From contig OZ320321.1 of the NCBI GenBank assembly GCA_976226885.1, forward strand, positions 57,226,001-57,290,000: a stretch of DNA of 64,000 nucleotides, given 5' to 3'. Shown here in pieces: positions 46,872 through 61,203 of this stretch (positions within the stretch are counted from its first letter, which is position 1; each line of letters starts with the position of its first letter). Both the position numbers and the translations under genes were made by a program. The DNA comes from Iphione sp. A-MEVVRFRX5. Lineage: Eukaryota. Under the pieces are notes generated by a model that did not search any database, had not been told where the DNA came from, and was given only the letters and a program-made list of their open reading frames with translations.

Positions 46872-49442
46872 CTTTGTTCTTTTGTGATATGTAGTGTGAA
46901 ATATTGTAGTTGAAAAGAATTCGACGTAGTACATGTTTGTGTTAAGCCATGTTATGCCATGTGAAATAAACCTTTTTGCATCCGTTATGACACATTTTCC
47001 TGTTTGTGGAGATTAAACGTCTTCATTATTAGCGACGGTAATACCTCCCAGCATGAAAACTGCGCGTTCAACATAAGCAGCTACCAGTTCCAAAACTACC
47101 AGTTTCAAAAGTACACCTGATATAGAATACAGTTCTATAAAAAATAACCCTTAATGAAAGCAACGTGAAACTCTGAAGGGCTCTAATATCCTTCTTCTGT
47201 TCCTGGTTTCTGAAAAACAGAAGCTTTCGAATTCTTTGATGAAAGTCTACACCTATTCCCTGCTTTTGGTTACCTATGTGTCATTCAAATCCTTTTATGT
47301 GGAAAGAAACTATTTCGTGGTATGTTGACCAGCTTGTGCCAGACGATATAAGTTTGACGAAGGATGAAAATGCTTTGGCACATTTCTGGGCACTCTCTTT
47401 TATTTGAATGTCTTCTGACAAAAAGGGTCATGTGTGTTTTTCGATTGGATTCAACATCAATTAACCGTATTTCATAAAAGACTATTACTTGGTGCAAAAA
47501 AAACTCCTTCCACGGTTACTTTTTATCCAATCAATTAAATGGTTGTCCTTAAGTTGAAAATGATTGAAGTTTTACTATCGATAAAGTTTTATTACCAAAC
47601 TTTCGACTATTTTCTTTATTCTCCACCTGTTGTTACGGACGGGAAAATTTACAACCTCAACATGTGTCCACGTCGAGTAACGTTTCTGTAACTAAATGGC
47701 GACATGGGTCCCTCAGAATGACTAATTGGACCTTACTCTGCCATTCCTTCAAGAACGATTGTCCGCTTAACATTCTCTTATTAAGGGCCATTGAACAACA
47801 CTTCTCATAAAATTTCCGCCTGATCGTGTGATAAGGCCAGTTTACAAAATCAATTACAAATGCACCTTTAAAAAATCCGGTTCACATGTAGATGAAAAAC
47901 AAAAAATTGATTGAGCTTTGATTACTATATACCTGGACCTCCCTAATTATTTCGATCCCTTTTGTTCCTATTTTCATTCCCATCCATGTCCCTTTCCTTG
48001 TTCTCATCCCGTTTTCTCTCCGTTTGCATCTGACAGGTCGACGAGAGATCATGAATGAATTGAAAACAGTTTCAATGCGTTAATTTACTTCAACCATTGC
48101 TTATTCAACTAGGATAATGGAAAAGAAGCTGATGATGCTGTAAAACGTCTTTTCTGGCTTTCATCATTTCCTGGTAGGCTGAATTGCATTGGGTGCATGT
48201 TTTCACAGCCGTTGAACTGTGTCTTCAGTGCGTTTTTTTCCACTGTAGCACCAACATAGGGTTTCCGAAGGAGCATGTTTTCGTGGCTGTGAATACGCAA
48301 CCCCACCGCTGTGTTTTTGGATTGGGAACATTCTACATTTTCACGACACCATGGCTGTTTCATTTTACCAAGTACCTGTTTGTGTATACATGCGATCACA
48401 TGAAGTGCTATTCAACAGGTCCTACCGTGAAAAATGAAAAAAACAACTAGAAATAGATGTCATTTATCATTTCTCTTACAAATCTCTTACTGTTCTCATA
48501 CAAATTATCCTCAAAGCAGAACTCTATAGAACTCTGGACAATATATTCGTTCTTTTTTATGTACATGTCAACTGTATGTCTACGTCACATGTAAATATGT
48601 TCTTGTGTATCCGTCTGTTGCTTTTCAGTTGTCAATTGCCCAAGCATATCTTTGTACACCTACGAAGAAAGCCAATAAAAATAATCAATATTCAATATAT
48701 CAGTTGATTATCACCACCTGCTTCCCGGTTTCCACAAAGGATGGGGAGGCACTATGACATCCCCACAGTGTGGGAGGAGGCAGGAACATTAAAGTTTTGT
48801 CACCTGGGTCAGGGGTCATGATATAAAAAGGGGGGTTTCACTCAGAAGCATCACTTTGAGCAGAGATAAAAGAGATGGCAACATAACCCATTCTTAGTGA
48901 GTAAAGGTGAATAAATCTTATTTTATACATTTGAATAGCAGGCTTGTTTTGTAAGAGACTATATGTGAGTATGTGATATGTTTCAAGAGAACCACTGCAT
49001 GCAGATAAAGTAAATTGTGCACATCGGATAATATGCAGTCCTGCTTTGTAAGAGATCATATGACAATGTGATATGTGTGAATAGAACCAATACATGCAAA
49101 TAAAATATTTTTTTTGCAATCAAGAATATGCCATATTACTAATAGATCCAGTGCTTGCAAATGAAATAGATGGTAAGAAATTGCCATTTCATGTGTTCCT
49201 ATTTTTTGTGGTCAAGATGATTCCAGTCAAGAGGATGGAGGAGGCGCTGGTGAAGAAATGCCGCCAAAGTCAGCAATATTACTTGACACGTGCTACTATC
49301 TCTCACATGTTATATGATTGTAAAAAAAACGAGTTGACGATTTTACATACTTGAATAGAATCAATACATACACATGAAATTAACTGTAAGAGATTGACAT
49401 TAAAGATACATTAATTTCGTTCAGGTGATTCTGAGCCAGGCC

Positions 49443-49686
49443 TGTCACAGTTGCAGGATCCCTCGCAGTCACAATTGCAGGATCGGGATCTTATGGAGGC
49501 TCTGGAGGCCCCTACAAAGGGGCAGGCCGGACAACACCTGATAAGGCGTGAAGTGCCCTCCCATCTTGGATCCTGGCCTCGGCTGGTGAGCACGAGATGG
49601 GAAAACTGAACAGCAACACCAATAAACAGACTTGAAACTGGGACTGAGTGCCATAGTCCTGTATTCGAACTTATATGCAAACTACA
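49443..49686 (+). mobile_element. Solo-LTR-like segment
   Basis: GC-richer island starting TGTCACA, with AATAAA at about 49621 and ending ACTACA. No TSD; the right boundary is uncertain. Confidence 0.3.
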
Positions 49687-50180
49687 GTATGAATGTATGA
49701 TGATCGTATTGAAACCACTTGCTATCTCTTCAAATGTTTTACAAGTGTATATCTGATTGTTGTGTCAAACACTTCTTTATTCATTCCAAAACTCAGAATA
49801 TATATAATTGTATGTTGAACTGACTATACAATAAATACACAACACACAATACTCACAAATTTGAAAAGAAACACTTTTCTGTTTGAATGATAGTTACTAT
49901 CCCTTGCATTACATAAAACATGAAACGTCACGATATGTATCCACGTCGACATGGTGACATTGAATACGTTGTGTCGTCATACTCCAATGCCCATATAAAC
50001 CAATCCCTATTTGGGATATATTTGAAGAGGGTGTGAAACATGTCTCTTTTTCCATACTCAGTATGTCTACATGATGCGTGTGTTGAATACTTTCCCTCTC
50101 TCGATAATTAGTACATACGCGTAATGAGTGTGTTTCAGTATTTCGTTGTCTCCCTCCATTCTGTGTATAGCCAGTACTTT

Positions 50181-50195
50181 CTCCCTCTCTCTCTC

Positions 50196-50247
<52 letters not shown>

Positions 50248-50276
50248 CTCTCTATCGCTCTCTCGCTCTCTCCCTC
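50181..50276. repeat. (CT)n microsatellite
   Basis: Directly visible. Confidence 0.95.
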
Positions 50277-53200
50277 CATTGCCTACCACTGGTTCATTAA
50301 AAATTATTGTCTTCTGTTTTCTGTTTAAACTTAAGAAGTATTTTTGTAATTCGACATAAGCTTATTCTATCTACTGTTAGTCTTTACCAGAATGTTTATC
50401 TAAAAACGCCACAGCATACTTGAAACACTTCTTAATTAGTCAGAAGGTGATATTGTTAAAGGGGCCATCCGAGTACCGACCGTCAAACCCTTTGTACTTC
50501 AAACCCTTGCTCACATTTCTGGCTGACAAACCTCTTCACCAGCTAGGTGATTCTGCCAACTGGTCGGTTCCCCCGACAGTTAGCCTGCTCATTCAATCAT
50601 GAACTGCATGCCCACGCAGGAGTAAATGGGAGAACCATTTGAAAGACAGGTCACCTTTAAGAGTGTGTACTAAACGTTACATTTTAGCTGGGAAACCCCA
50701 GAAGAAAATGAAGTGTGTTTTTCCGTCCCTTTTCTGCTTTCCGAATGGCAAAGTCCAACCCCAATAACATTTGATTATGCTAATGTGATATTGATAATGG
50801 TTATCCCTTATTTTTGTTACTTTTCCTCATTTCAGCTTAGTTGCAAACATATATGAATATAAATCCTCTCTACCAAACTTATGCTAGCTATAGGTATTGA
50901 GCCCACTTTAGTGTCAGATACAGCTTCTCTGCTAAAAGCAGCTTATTGGTGACAGTTATAAAGGAGATCAAAACTGTAAGACATTGGCATATCATTGTCC
51001 TCCATTTGATAGGGCATTTCTACATGAATAAAACCCTACTCGAAGGAAAGTTCTCGAGTTGCTTCTAACGGCAGGATGCGAAGACTTGCAGCCTAGAAGT
51101 GCTCCTGGCGCACCACCTATCGGTATATTTCCATCTCTATCCCTCTTTTAGCAGGATCACAAACATACATTGTATGTTTGAATGCCCGTCCCTTAATGTA
51201 ATCAGATTTTATGTCGTTTACTGTTCTGTGGAATTCCATCTATAAGAGTGATAAGTTTCTCTGTCTTTTCCATTATCTATAGTATTAGGCAGAAAGGTTC
51301 TAGGTATTTGTATATACATTACATGAAGCTTAGACGAGTAGGAGGATTTAGCAACCATAACATTGTTATGGAATGTGTTACATTTCCAACCAGCATTGGA
51401 TGTAAAAATGTTCTGCGCAAAATAGTTAAGACGGTTATCATGATAGTCTCTAGGTTTATGAAAATAAGTTTTACAAGAAATATTTACCGAATTCGATAAT
51501 ATAAATGCATGTGCTTTTGTTCACATGGGAGACATTCCTCGGATCCGCCGCATATAATATTTTCAAAGTAGTTAGAGCATATGTTGTGTAGTGGTAAGCC
51601 GTCCTTCCGACACATCACTTATAAGGGCAGGCCTCCAAGAGTGACACGTTTTTTCTATACATATGGACATGCATCAATTAGGAACAGTTTAGGAAAGCGG
51701 CAACGATGTCCTGATTAGAGACTTGTCACTGCATATGAACAGCATTGTTGTCAGTGAATCTTGATATCTTCTGAAATTATCCGATCAGGTAAAAATAATT
51801 TTAATCATGCTACGAATTTCCCCAGGCTTTTGACTGAATATGTATTCTTACCTATCTAATGTGGACATTCATCTATGTCTTCTTGGTGTTCTTCCATGGT
51901 GCGGGCTGAACGTCTTGTAAATCTCCCTGCTTTCAGCTTGTGTTTTTATTTAGCACTGAATGTTTTTTTGTCCTAAATGTGACTCCTTCATGATCCAGAG
52001 TTCTTCCTATTTCTGCCTCTAGGGAACGTTTTGCTGTCTGGCTGTCACTGAGCCTCTTCCGACCTGTGCGTAATCTTGGAATGAAGGTAGTTCACTGAGC
52101 TCCAAAATCATCACCAAAACATGATGAACTCTGCTCACACAAGCTTTACAGTTGTCAAATCTGCTCATCTCTTGTCACGAATATCTAGGCAACCATTTGA
52201 TGTTCTTTTACCTCTTCCCCTCAACTACAGCATGGGGGTTTCATGACAGATATAGAGACAGCATTTATAACTGGTAAACAGAGTGGCTTTTATGTAAGAG
52301 GGGCTTCGTGTGCAGCATGAATGAGAAGTGATATCATTTCCTGTGGATCTATATTACGGATGTTTACCAGATGTTCCAACAATAGTAAAATAACACTCAA
52401 AATTGGATCCTATTTTCTTTGGTGAATCCTGTGCAATAGTATGCTCTCATTTATGTGTTCCTCGTTGGTGTTCCACTGTTTTGTCCCTGTTTTCATTTAA
52501 TGAAGTGCTTAGGGAGCTAAGAGTTTCTTTAGTGACTACGGGTCTACTTTAAGCTACAAGCTAAAGTGCCGTCTTCATTCGGAAAGTCCAAAGATAATTT
52601 TTCTTGCCCTTTTTCCAAACTCTTGTAAACATCTGTTTCTCATTTACCCAGGCCTTTGCTTGCTTTACATTTTCTTCTTTCTTCTCTCTTGTTTCCTTTA
52701 CTTTTGCGCGACGGACCCTCCAGATTTTCCCTGCTTCCCGCGTTCTGAAGTTTAATTTAATCAGCGTAGATTCGTAGTTATTTTTCCTAGATTCTCTACA
52801 GCTTTCAAATCCAGTCGTGTTGATTGGAGATTATTTTGTCCTCTCTTTTCTTTCTACCCTTGTTTTTCTTCATTAATCCTACCCAAACTATAGTTGGTCC
52901 CTCTCCGTTCAGCGGGTGGACTGTCTCCCATTCGGAAACAAAGGTAGTTGGAGTCGACGGCAGACAGTGAAAGGCCACCCCTTACTTTACCGAGTCATTT
53001 TTTTCAAGCCTGATTATTATTATAAAACATGAAATATATTTTTAACCAAACAGTCATGCTTAATGTCAGAATTATTAACTCTGAAAACATTTTCTGAATT
53101 TTACCTCCTTAATCTCATAGCCGCTTTTGAAAATGTGAATACTAGTTAAATTACATCTCTGTATGTCAAGAAAATATCTGATGTAACTACATACATGCAT

Positions 53201-56200
53201 ATTCAGACGTAAATGCTAAATAATTTTATCTAATTCTTAAAATTCATTACCTAAACAATTTTCTTATTATGTATGCAATTACTATAATTAATATTTTCCT
53301 ATCTGTATCCAAAGGTTAAAAACACTAGCTGTTAGGGCGAACTTTGGAAAATAAATTGTTTTATTATCTTATCTCTTTAGCCTTGCAACATTCTGTCCTA
53401 ACACCACACATCTACCACGAATCCATCATGGTAATGCTCCCCCTTTCAGCCATCATGGCTATAATTTCAATATTAAACATCAGCTGATGTTCATAATCAA
53501 CTAACCATGATTCTCTGTAGTTCAAATAGATGAAATGTCGGTATACGCTAATTTACTATTAACTCGTAGGTGTTATGAGCACTTTCTAAAACGTTTGATT
53601 TTTCATAATATTTGAAGCTTAATTGTAAATATTCTGACATCAGCTATATTATGAATCATACATTTGACAACATTGAAATTTCACTAGAACAATTATAAGT
53701 ATGAGCAACCTTCTGACTATAATGGCGGTAGAAAGCATTGTGTAATTCTTGATCAACCCCTGGGTCTTCATTCATTATATTCTAGTGTCACCTAAAATAT
53801 GATGATATCATAAATAAAGAGATATAAATAAAGATAATACAGTGTAGGCTAACAATCACCAAAAGATTAAGGCTGGGGACATGGGTTTCACAAGGGAAGG
53901 AGTGTAAAAAATTGTGTGAAAAGATATAGCCGACGCACTTAGACCGAAATGCTAAATATGGTTTCAAAAAGCCTAAAATTGAAAAAAAAATAATTAAGAA
54001 GATTTCAATTTAGTCATAAAAGTGTGTTTGATTTTAGGGTATTCTTAAAGTTAGTATATGTTTATACTGGTTGATCATTATTGCTTGATATTGCTCCCCT
54101 TCTTCGGGAATGGTCTGACCACGGGTTTCAATTTTGGAAAATTATAATTTATTCGGCTTATTACTAAAAGAAAATGAACTCGAAGATGGAGATCACCTTA
54201 ATTTCTCATTTCATTAATCCAGTAAACAGAGTGTAACCTATAGATATCATATTTCTGTTCAGGTTCTCCTTCCCTAATTCCTACATGCTCACAATTATAG
54301 GAAAGTCCGGAAGGACCAGCCCTGATCGGATTTATATACAGTTTTACTGTATTACTGTTTCTCAGCGCTTGCAAAACTATTAGACGGTCACTCCGTGTCT
54401 GTATTCTGCGGCACCCATCACTTGAATCATTTTAATAAAGTGATTTACGTCAATTATATATATTAAGCTCTCAATAGAAACAAAATGCATAAACAAACTG
54501 TTATAAATGTGTAATCATTACTATTAGTTATCATTGACATTCAGCTCAAATGAACGTCCCAATATATTTTCAATCTGGCTACACAACATAGTTACAGTTA
54601 ATAATCACACCCGCAGTCAGGAAAGCCCATTGCTGCAGGAAAACATCCAACTTTGCGTACTGTGCACGTAATTTCCTTATGTTGTTTGCCATCGCCCAAA
54701 TACACACAAGTATATGCTGAGCTGCTCAGTTGTGAAAGACTGGCTTGGGGAGTCTCTTCTCCTCCGGATACTTTAGAGTGGGGAGAGTAATGGAACAGTT
54801 CCCGGGGCTCTCTGGATATGTATGTGTATTGTACCGTTAACACCGACATATGGCACACCGCGCATCCCTTTGTGTCTATGATTGTATGTGTGTTCCGCTC
54901 TTCGAATGGGACCCGTTTGTTAAGCAAAGACAACGCGGATGGCGTGGATTCATCAGGCGGTGTCTTGAAAGAGACCGAAGAATGAACAGCCTGAATTAAC
55001 ACATAATCTGAAGATTGCTCCCAAATAAACGTCGTACAGGACACCTGTCAGATAGAAGAAGTGTCGCTTGATGTTGCTGTAATATTCGAACTACGTGAAG
55101 GGACAGGTAGCTTGAAATCATTCAGACCTTATACTTGATGGCGATGGTTGTAATGGGGTGGTCTGTGTTCAGGTTTCTAGAGTTCAAATATACAAAGTAA
55201 AATATGTTTCTCTATTAACATCAATTTAGTGTGCTGCGTACTTCACGACATCATGCTATGAATGAGAGGATTCCCATTTCACAAAGCATACTTAACGTGC
55301 AGAAAGCTAGCCGGAGAGAGAAACCCTCGACATTTCGAGCTGGAGATGATAGTGCTCCATTTGTTCCCTCTTAAATTAAACAGATTGTTACATTTTAAGG
55401 TTCTCCTTAAACCGGCGCTTAGCTAACAGAACCATTTATTCGGTTTCCGGGAAAAGCTTCACTAAATAGCCACAGTGCCGACATCATCAAATGCATAACT
55501 TTCACTTCATATTCTGAAGTTTCCGAAGCGAAATGATAATTTTGGAATGCAGCCCAATAACTGATATCATTGTGATGGGGTGTTCTAACCAACACCCATG
55601 TTTCTTTTTCTGATATATTTTCTAGTTAATATGGATACGTATTTAAACCGAACGTAGATGCAAGTCTAGTAACACCTCGTCAATCAGGTTACCTTTGGGA
55701 CCGAGTGAAGAAAGGAAAATAACTTATGAAGATGATACTAGTTCTAAATGTAGTTGCTGGAACGAAGAGTTGACCTGATCAAAGAGGTGTTCGCAATGAA
55801 GAATTTTCACTCTATGTTTGTGCTCAGCAGTACACGTGGTGCAAGTAGTGTAGGGGAAGTCGGATTCGAAACGGGAGGAATATTCAGACACAGAAATGCC
55901 CGAGCGCGTGTCTCTTGTTCTCAAGCGTATAACAGGTGAGCACGCTCTGCCTTGTAGCAGATAATGATCGCAGAAGTGTGTCCACGGCTCTAGAACATAA
56001 TGAATTGTAAGAGAAGAAACGGGGCTTGCCCCTACTGTGCAATGTTGCTTGACATTTGGGATAGCGAGAATCAGGAAGCTCCGACGTTCTCTTCATGGCT
56101 GTAGCCTGGTAGTGCCAGAGAACTAAATACTGTTGTCATCCGGATGTCATACGTGTCTGCATAATCTTAGGTCGTAAATGATTCTCTATAGGACAATATC

Positions 56201-59062
56201 TTGTTTTACGTTATCTATCGAGGCCAATAACTTAATAGATAAGGACGTGGTTTGTTTCATCCAACAGTCAACGGAACTGACTGCCACAAGCTCCAGGGCC
56301 TTTTTCACCGCCAGCCAGTCTTTCACGTGACGGCCGAAAAACCTAATGTTAGTGAGCAAGCTAAAACAAGCTAGCTTAAACAATGTCTCAGAGTCCCGTG
56401 GTAATCATTAATCGTAAGATTCCGAAAGAAAAATGAAAGGTTAAACAAAATCTTACGTAAACTCTTGCAATAGGTGAAACTAATAAAAAAACTATACTGT
56501 TTGGTGAAACTCAGACCTGAAAATGGCAGATGTATTTTCATAAAGGTCCATATCAAGCCACGTTTTTCTCTTTCAATATCAAGTGCAATCCACCAGCCAA
56601 CATTTCCAGTTCACGCACACCTTAGTGATTATTCTTCTCAATATGCAAGTTGTTTTACAGGAATGGTCAGTATATATATGATTATTAAACGGACTGAAAA
56701 ATTCATGGACCTTCAGTTATTGACAGAGGTATTTATGGTTTTCTTTGTGCCTAATGGATGGTTTTAGACATATTTCTTCAAAACAGCACAAATCTACCAA
56801 AATCCATTCATCTTAGCAGATAATTATGCAAAAACGTCACGCACTGATTTGCCAGTCATGTGTAGGCATGATCGCATTTACTTTTTACCTCTATAATTAT
56901 ACACAGTTTATTTCACACCATGAGAAATCCATACATTAGCCATTCCATGTTCATATCTAGAGTTATTTCCACACGACGGGTCTTATGCTCTTATTGATGT
57001 AACATTAAGTCTTGACATAGAAATCACAATAATGCTGGCTGATATTTCCACAACGTATCTTGTGCTGTTCCCACAACATCCCCACGATGTCATTTCTTAG
57101 ATGACCTAACCACAAAGTACACGTGCGATTGTAGCAGCGTCATGTGTTGGCTGAACTTTCATGAGCAAATATCCCAGACCTGCTGTTAGCCATTGTTTTT
57201 GTTTATGTCCATGCATGTTTTTGTGAGCCAATGCCTGCAAAGTGAGGTGTCCTGTGATGTTTATGTGTCGCTGACAACAGTTGACAAGCATTGAGGCCGC
57301 CTTACGTTGAAAACTGTCTGATGATGCATGGGCAGTCTACCATCGCCTGAGGTCGAGACTGCGGAGACTGAGAGTGATGCCAGACTGACCATGCACCATC
57401 AAGCATACTTAAAGGGTGTTCTAACAGAGCATATAATGAAAATATAATGTGGAATCAACATAAACATACATTTAGACTTGAGGTCCTTTTAACTGTTATT
57501 TCTTCCTGAGTGTTATGCTTAGCCAAACATGAAGTAAACGGAATTCCTTCAGTCTGAATGTAGGAGACAGGTCACGTCATTTAAAGTTTTCAAATATGGT
57601 TGCGTGTTGCTCGAAATCAATCAAGGAGGCATACAAAATATGAAGATTGAAGGTATTTTAACAAAACATAATGACTGAAACTGATGTGAAAGTGTTTTCA
57701 AGAGTTCATTTACTTATTATAAATGACTACAACACAATTTTTCTTTCACAGTTCTCCGTTAAAAATCTGAATGGGCAAGATATTCAACACTTTGTTGAGA
57801 GATATTTTGAATGAGGAGAGTACAATTGTCAGTTGACCGTTGCATTTCTTTGGTTTTAGTAAAAGGTACCATCTGCACCTCCAGATATGTTAGAACAATA
57901 TGCAATTGGTACTAAATTCATCCATATCACACTCGGCAAAGCCAGGCTTGCCTACCATGTTCACTGTCATTATTTTCTAAACTAGGTATTGGGTTCAAAC
58001 GTTTGAAGAAGCGTCCTCACCCACAAAAGTTTCTTGTTCGACCCCATCGAAGTTGAGTGGCAACTAATAATAGCAGGGGAGTTGATTGAAACACACAGCA
58101 GGCAGGAGGAGCAGGAAGCTCTTCAAGAATCGTCCAATCAACGTGCCTTGGGTTCGCCCATAATACGATTACAAAATGCTCCAATCAGCATAATGCTTAT
58201 TTTAGCCTAATTGTAGAGAGAGAGTTTCTGCACAGAAAATTGGATCGACGTATTAGAATATGCTGACGATTTTCCTAATTGTCCATTAGTACTCTTATCA
58301 GAAAACCTAGATGTGGCGAGCAGTGTTTCCTTAACTGTGAGGATCTGTGCACAGAGTTCACTGATAATTCTCCGCATCAATGCTGCCTGTTGCGAAAACA
58401 TGACACTTTGCCTAATGGGGTACTATCACATTTATAAGTTGTTACTCGTGTAAATGCACAAGAATTTGTCTGAATCCATATTACCTACAACTAATTCGTG
58501 AATCGGACTGACTACTTTAAGTTTATTTGCCTGCGGATGCCAGCTGCATTTATTCTTAATACTAATTCTTGATTTAAAACGTGGTTAGGCCTTCTTCTCC
58601 TTTTCGCTACCGAGTTGTGTCTGAGCGCCAGCTGGGGTCCCCTCACTCTATGTATATGTTTGTTTTGGGTTACCCATGGTTACCACCTCTAGGTCTCACA
58701 AAGCTTTCAGGAGATGTTTCCTTTTTGCTGGTGTTTTTGGCTGAGTAAGATCGTAGTTTCCTTCGGTTTCAACTGGGAAGCCTCATCAGGCCATTCTAAG
58801 TTTTTTTATTGTGGTTTTATGGTGTTTTTTGCAAGGCCAATTAGTGACACAATGTGTTATTTATGATTTTCTCTTAGTGGCCTTGAGGGGTACTGTTGGT
58901 TGGTTTTCTTAATAATAATTCTTAGTGCTTGATTGGAGTTTTGAGCTAAGAGGTCACTTGATCGCAAATGATACAATTCTTTTTTTTGAAGTATTGGAAA
59001 ACAAATCATCCATCATACTACTCATCCTCAAAGTATACTTTGACAGTTATGTATAATTGTAC

Positions 59063-59578
59063 TGTAACAGTGGCCGCTCTGCAAGAAAGACATGACACAA
59101 GAATACAATAAGGATGTTTATTGGTGAGAAAAGGTGTTACTATTAAGATTCCCTAGCCCAGACTGACTCCCGTGCTACAGCCTCAGTCCTTTATATAGGG
59201 CTGGAGCACCAGTGGGGTGCAGCACTCCACTACACAGCACATCAATGCATGGCACACAGGGCTTGCACCACACTTCACTCCACACTGTGCAGCATTGCTG
59301 CACCGCACGATGCCACAGCACTTTAGAATAGCAACAATTCTTGAATGTATGAGAGACACAGTAGGTACACAATAGAATATATATAAAGAATAAAATAACA
59401 AGCATGAATGGGAGAACTCTGGGCAGATATTGTGTATGTACAGTGGCCACTCAGCATGGACTCCCCTCAGTAATTGGGTCTAAATTATTGACAATGGCGT
59501 AGCGTGACAGGTATGGGAGATAAGTCACAAAAGCCAAGGGTTGGGGATGCAGTCCTGACCTCAGGCCTGACTGTCACA
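59063..59578 (-). mobile_element. Solo LTR (516 bp), probably Gypsy-type
   Basis: Minus strand TGTGACA...TGTTACA, with TATATAAA (59190-59197) followed by AATAAA (about 59117). It shares a TATA-proximal motif and a GCAC-rich U3 with the LTR at 7169-7510. Flanks do not form a TSD. Confidence 0.6.
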
Positions 59579-61203
59579 AGACAGAAATGGTAACTGCTAT
59601 TCTGATATCATTTATTATCCTGTATTTCCTGTTTAAATACTGAAATCTTCAAGGTGAAACATACTTCCTGCTGGTATTCTACAAACAGCACCCTAACTTA
59701 TTTCCATTTATATGTAAGTTTGATCATATTGAAAGGTCTATTTTGCTTCATCAAATACCAGGTATAGATTGATCAACAAATTACGTCATACCAAAGGAAC
59801 TATAACAGTTTTCCCTCTTCAAATGTAAATAAGTATAGTGTCATTTCGATGCTATTTTACAGCGCAGCAGTCAGTCAATTCAGCCATTTTGGCTTGTGTC
59901 TAGTCCCCTCAGGGTTTCAGTCAGGTTACCATCCGATAGCTTGAAGAGTAATGTAAAAAGTTACTTTGTTTTGCTGTCTATGGTAGGTTAGGCCATTAGG
60001 TGAATCCGTTTGGGCTACTTATTATATATTTCATCAGACTTCGCTTCCTTTTCTACACTGAATACCTGTGAAAATTTGAAAATACAAACTAGGCAAAGTA
60101 CATGTAGGCCTATATATAACGCTGGATCAGTATTTTTATTGTATATTCAACAAATACATATCGATCATACAATCGTTTTTCATATTTACCTGCGAACATT
60201 GTTCTGTTCGTATATTGTAAGCTACTCAACCATTGTCAAATAGTGTCCTTGTCGTTTCTTTTTTTAAATCTTTTCTCTCCAAACCGCTAGCAGGAAGTGT
60301 AGTATACGTAGTCCATAGTCTTGGAACAGTATTCCTTGCCATGGTACTCTGAACCAGGCTGATCTATATTTCCCATGTACGTTTAATTGTTGCCTTTATA
60401 TTATGTTCATATTCAGCTCTTCACAAACAGACCTGCCCACTGCGAATCACCGTTTGCACACTACCAGCCGCAGCCTTCCAAATCAAATTTTCCCTAAGGC
60501 TCCATCTCCACGTCTGAAAATTGCTGGTGTGGATAATGAGAACACTGACTTCTCTGTAGCGAATAATCTCCTTGTCTGTAACCATGGTGATGGCATGTGA
60601 CGGTTCCTACAGGGCTAGAGTGAGTTAGACGGGACAACAGACCTTCTTCATTGGCCGAAGACGCGTGATGCCCACATTCCCTGTGGTAAAGGGATTTGAA
60701 ATAATTCTCCTCTTTATGTAGGATTTAATCTTCCCCTAAAAAGTGATGGTAATTCCACACGGTCTCAGCTCTCACACTATCTTTGTGTCGTTTGCAAGAA
60801 TGGAAAGCACTCCTACGTATTTTGCACAGATAATCGAACACAGCCCCATTCAAACCGTACACAGAGACACCATAGGAGAAAAATTATGTTCATGAATGCA
60901 TAGGAGTATTTTAGTTTATTTGAAGTGATGGTGGGATGATTGTGGAAAAGCACAATAAGAAATGATATATCAGAGGAAATACCAATTATATTAGTCAAGA
61001 AAAAAAGCCCGCTGGCAGCATTATGGGTAAGGTAATCACAATATCTGATGGCAACTATTTTGGTTGTCACCAATATTGGTGACAACTTGTACTAGGCATG
61101 GCCCCGGCCAGTTCACAGTGGAAATATATGGGGAAACTTATATCATTTGGTGTAAATTGATTGACAGACACACATATTTCTTGTCTCACCTAATAATAGG
61201 CGA

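Noticed and set aside
51900-53000. Purine-rich minus-strand stretch resembling a decayed transposase C-terminus (Lys/Glu-rich plus Cys cluster)
   Set aside because: There are stops in all frames and no diagnostic DDE motif could be recovered.
58745-58795. Second hammerhead-like core (CUGAUGA-GGCU-UCCC-AGUU-GAAAC, minus strand)
   Set aside because: Stem II relies on two G-U pairs, stem III has a mismatch and stem I does not pair; at best a dead remnant.
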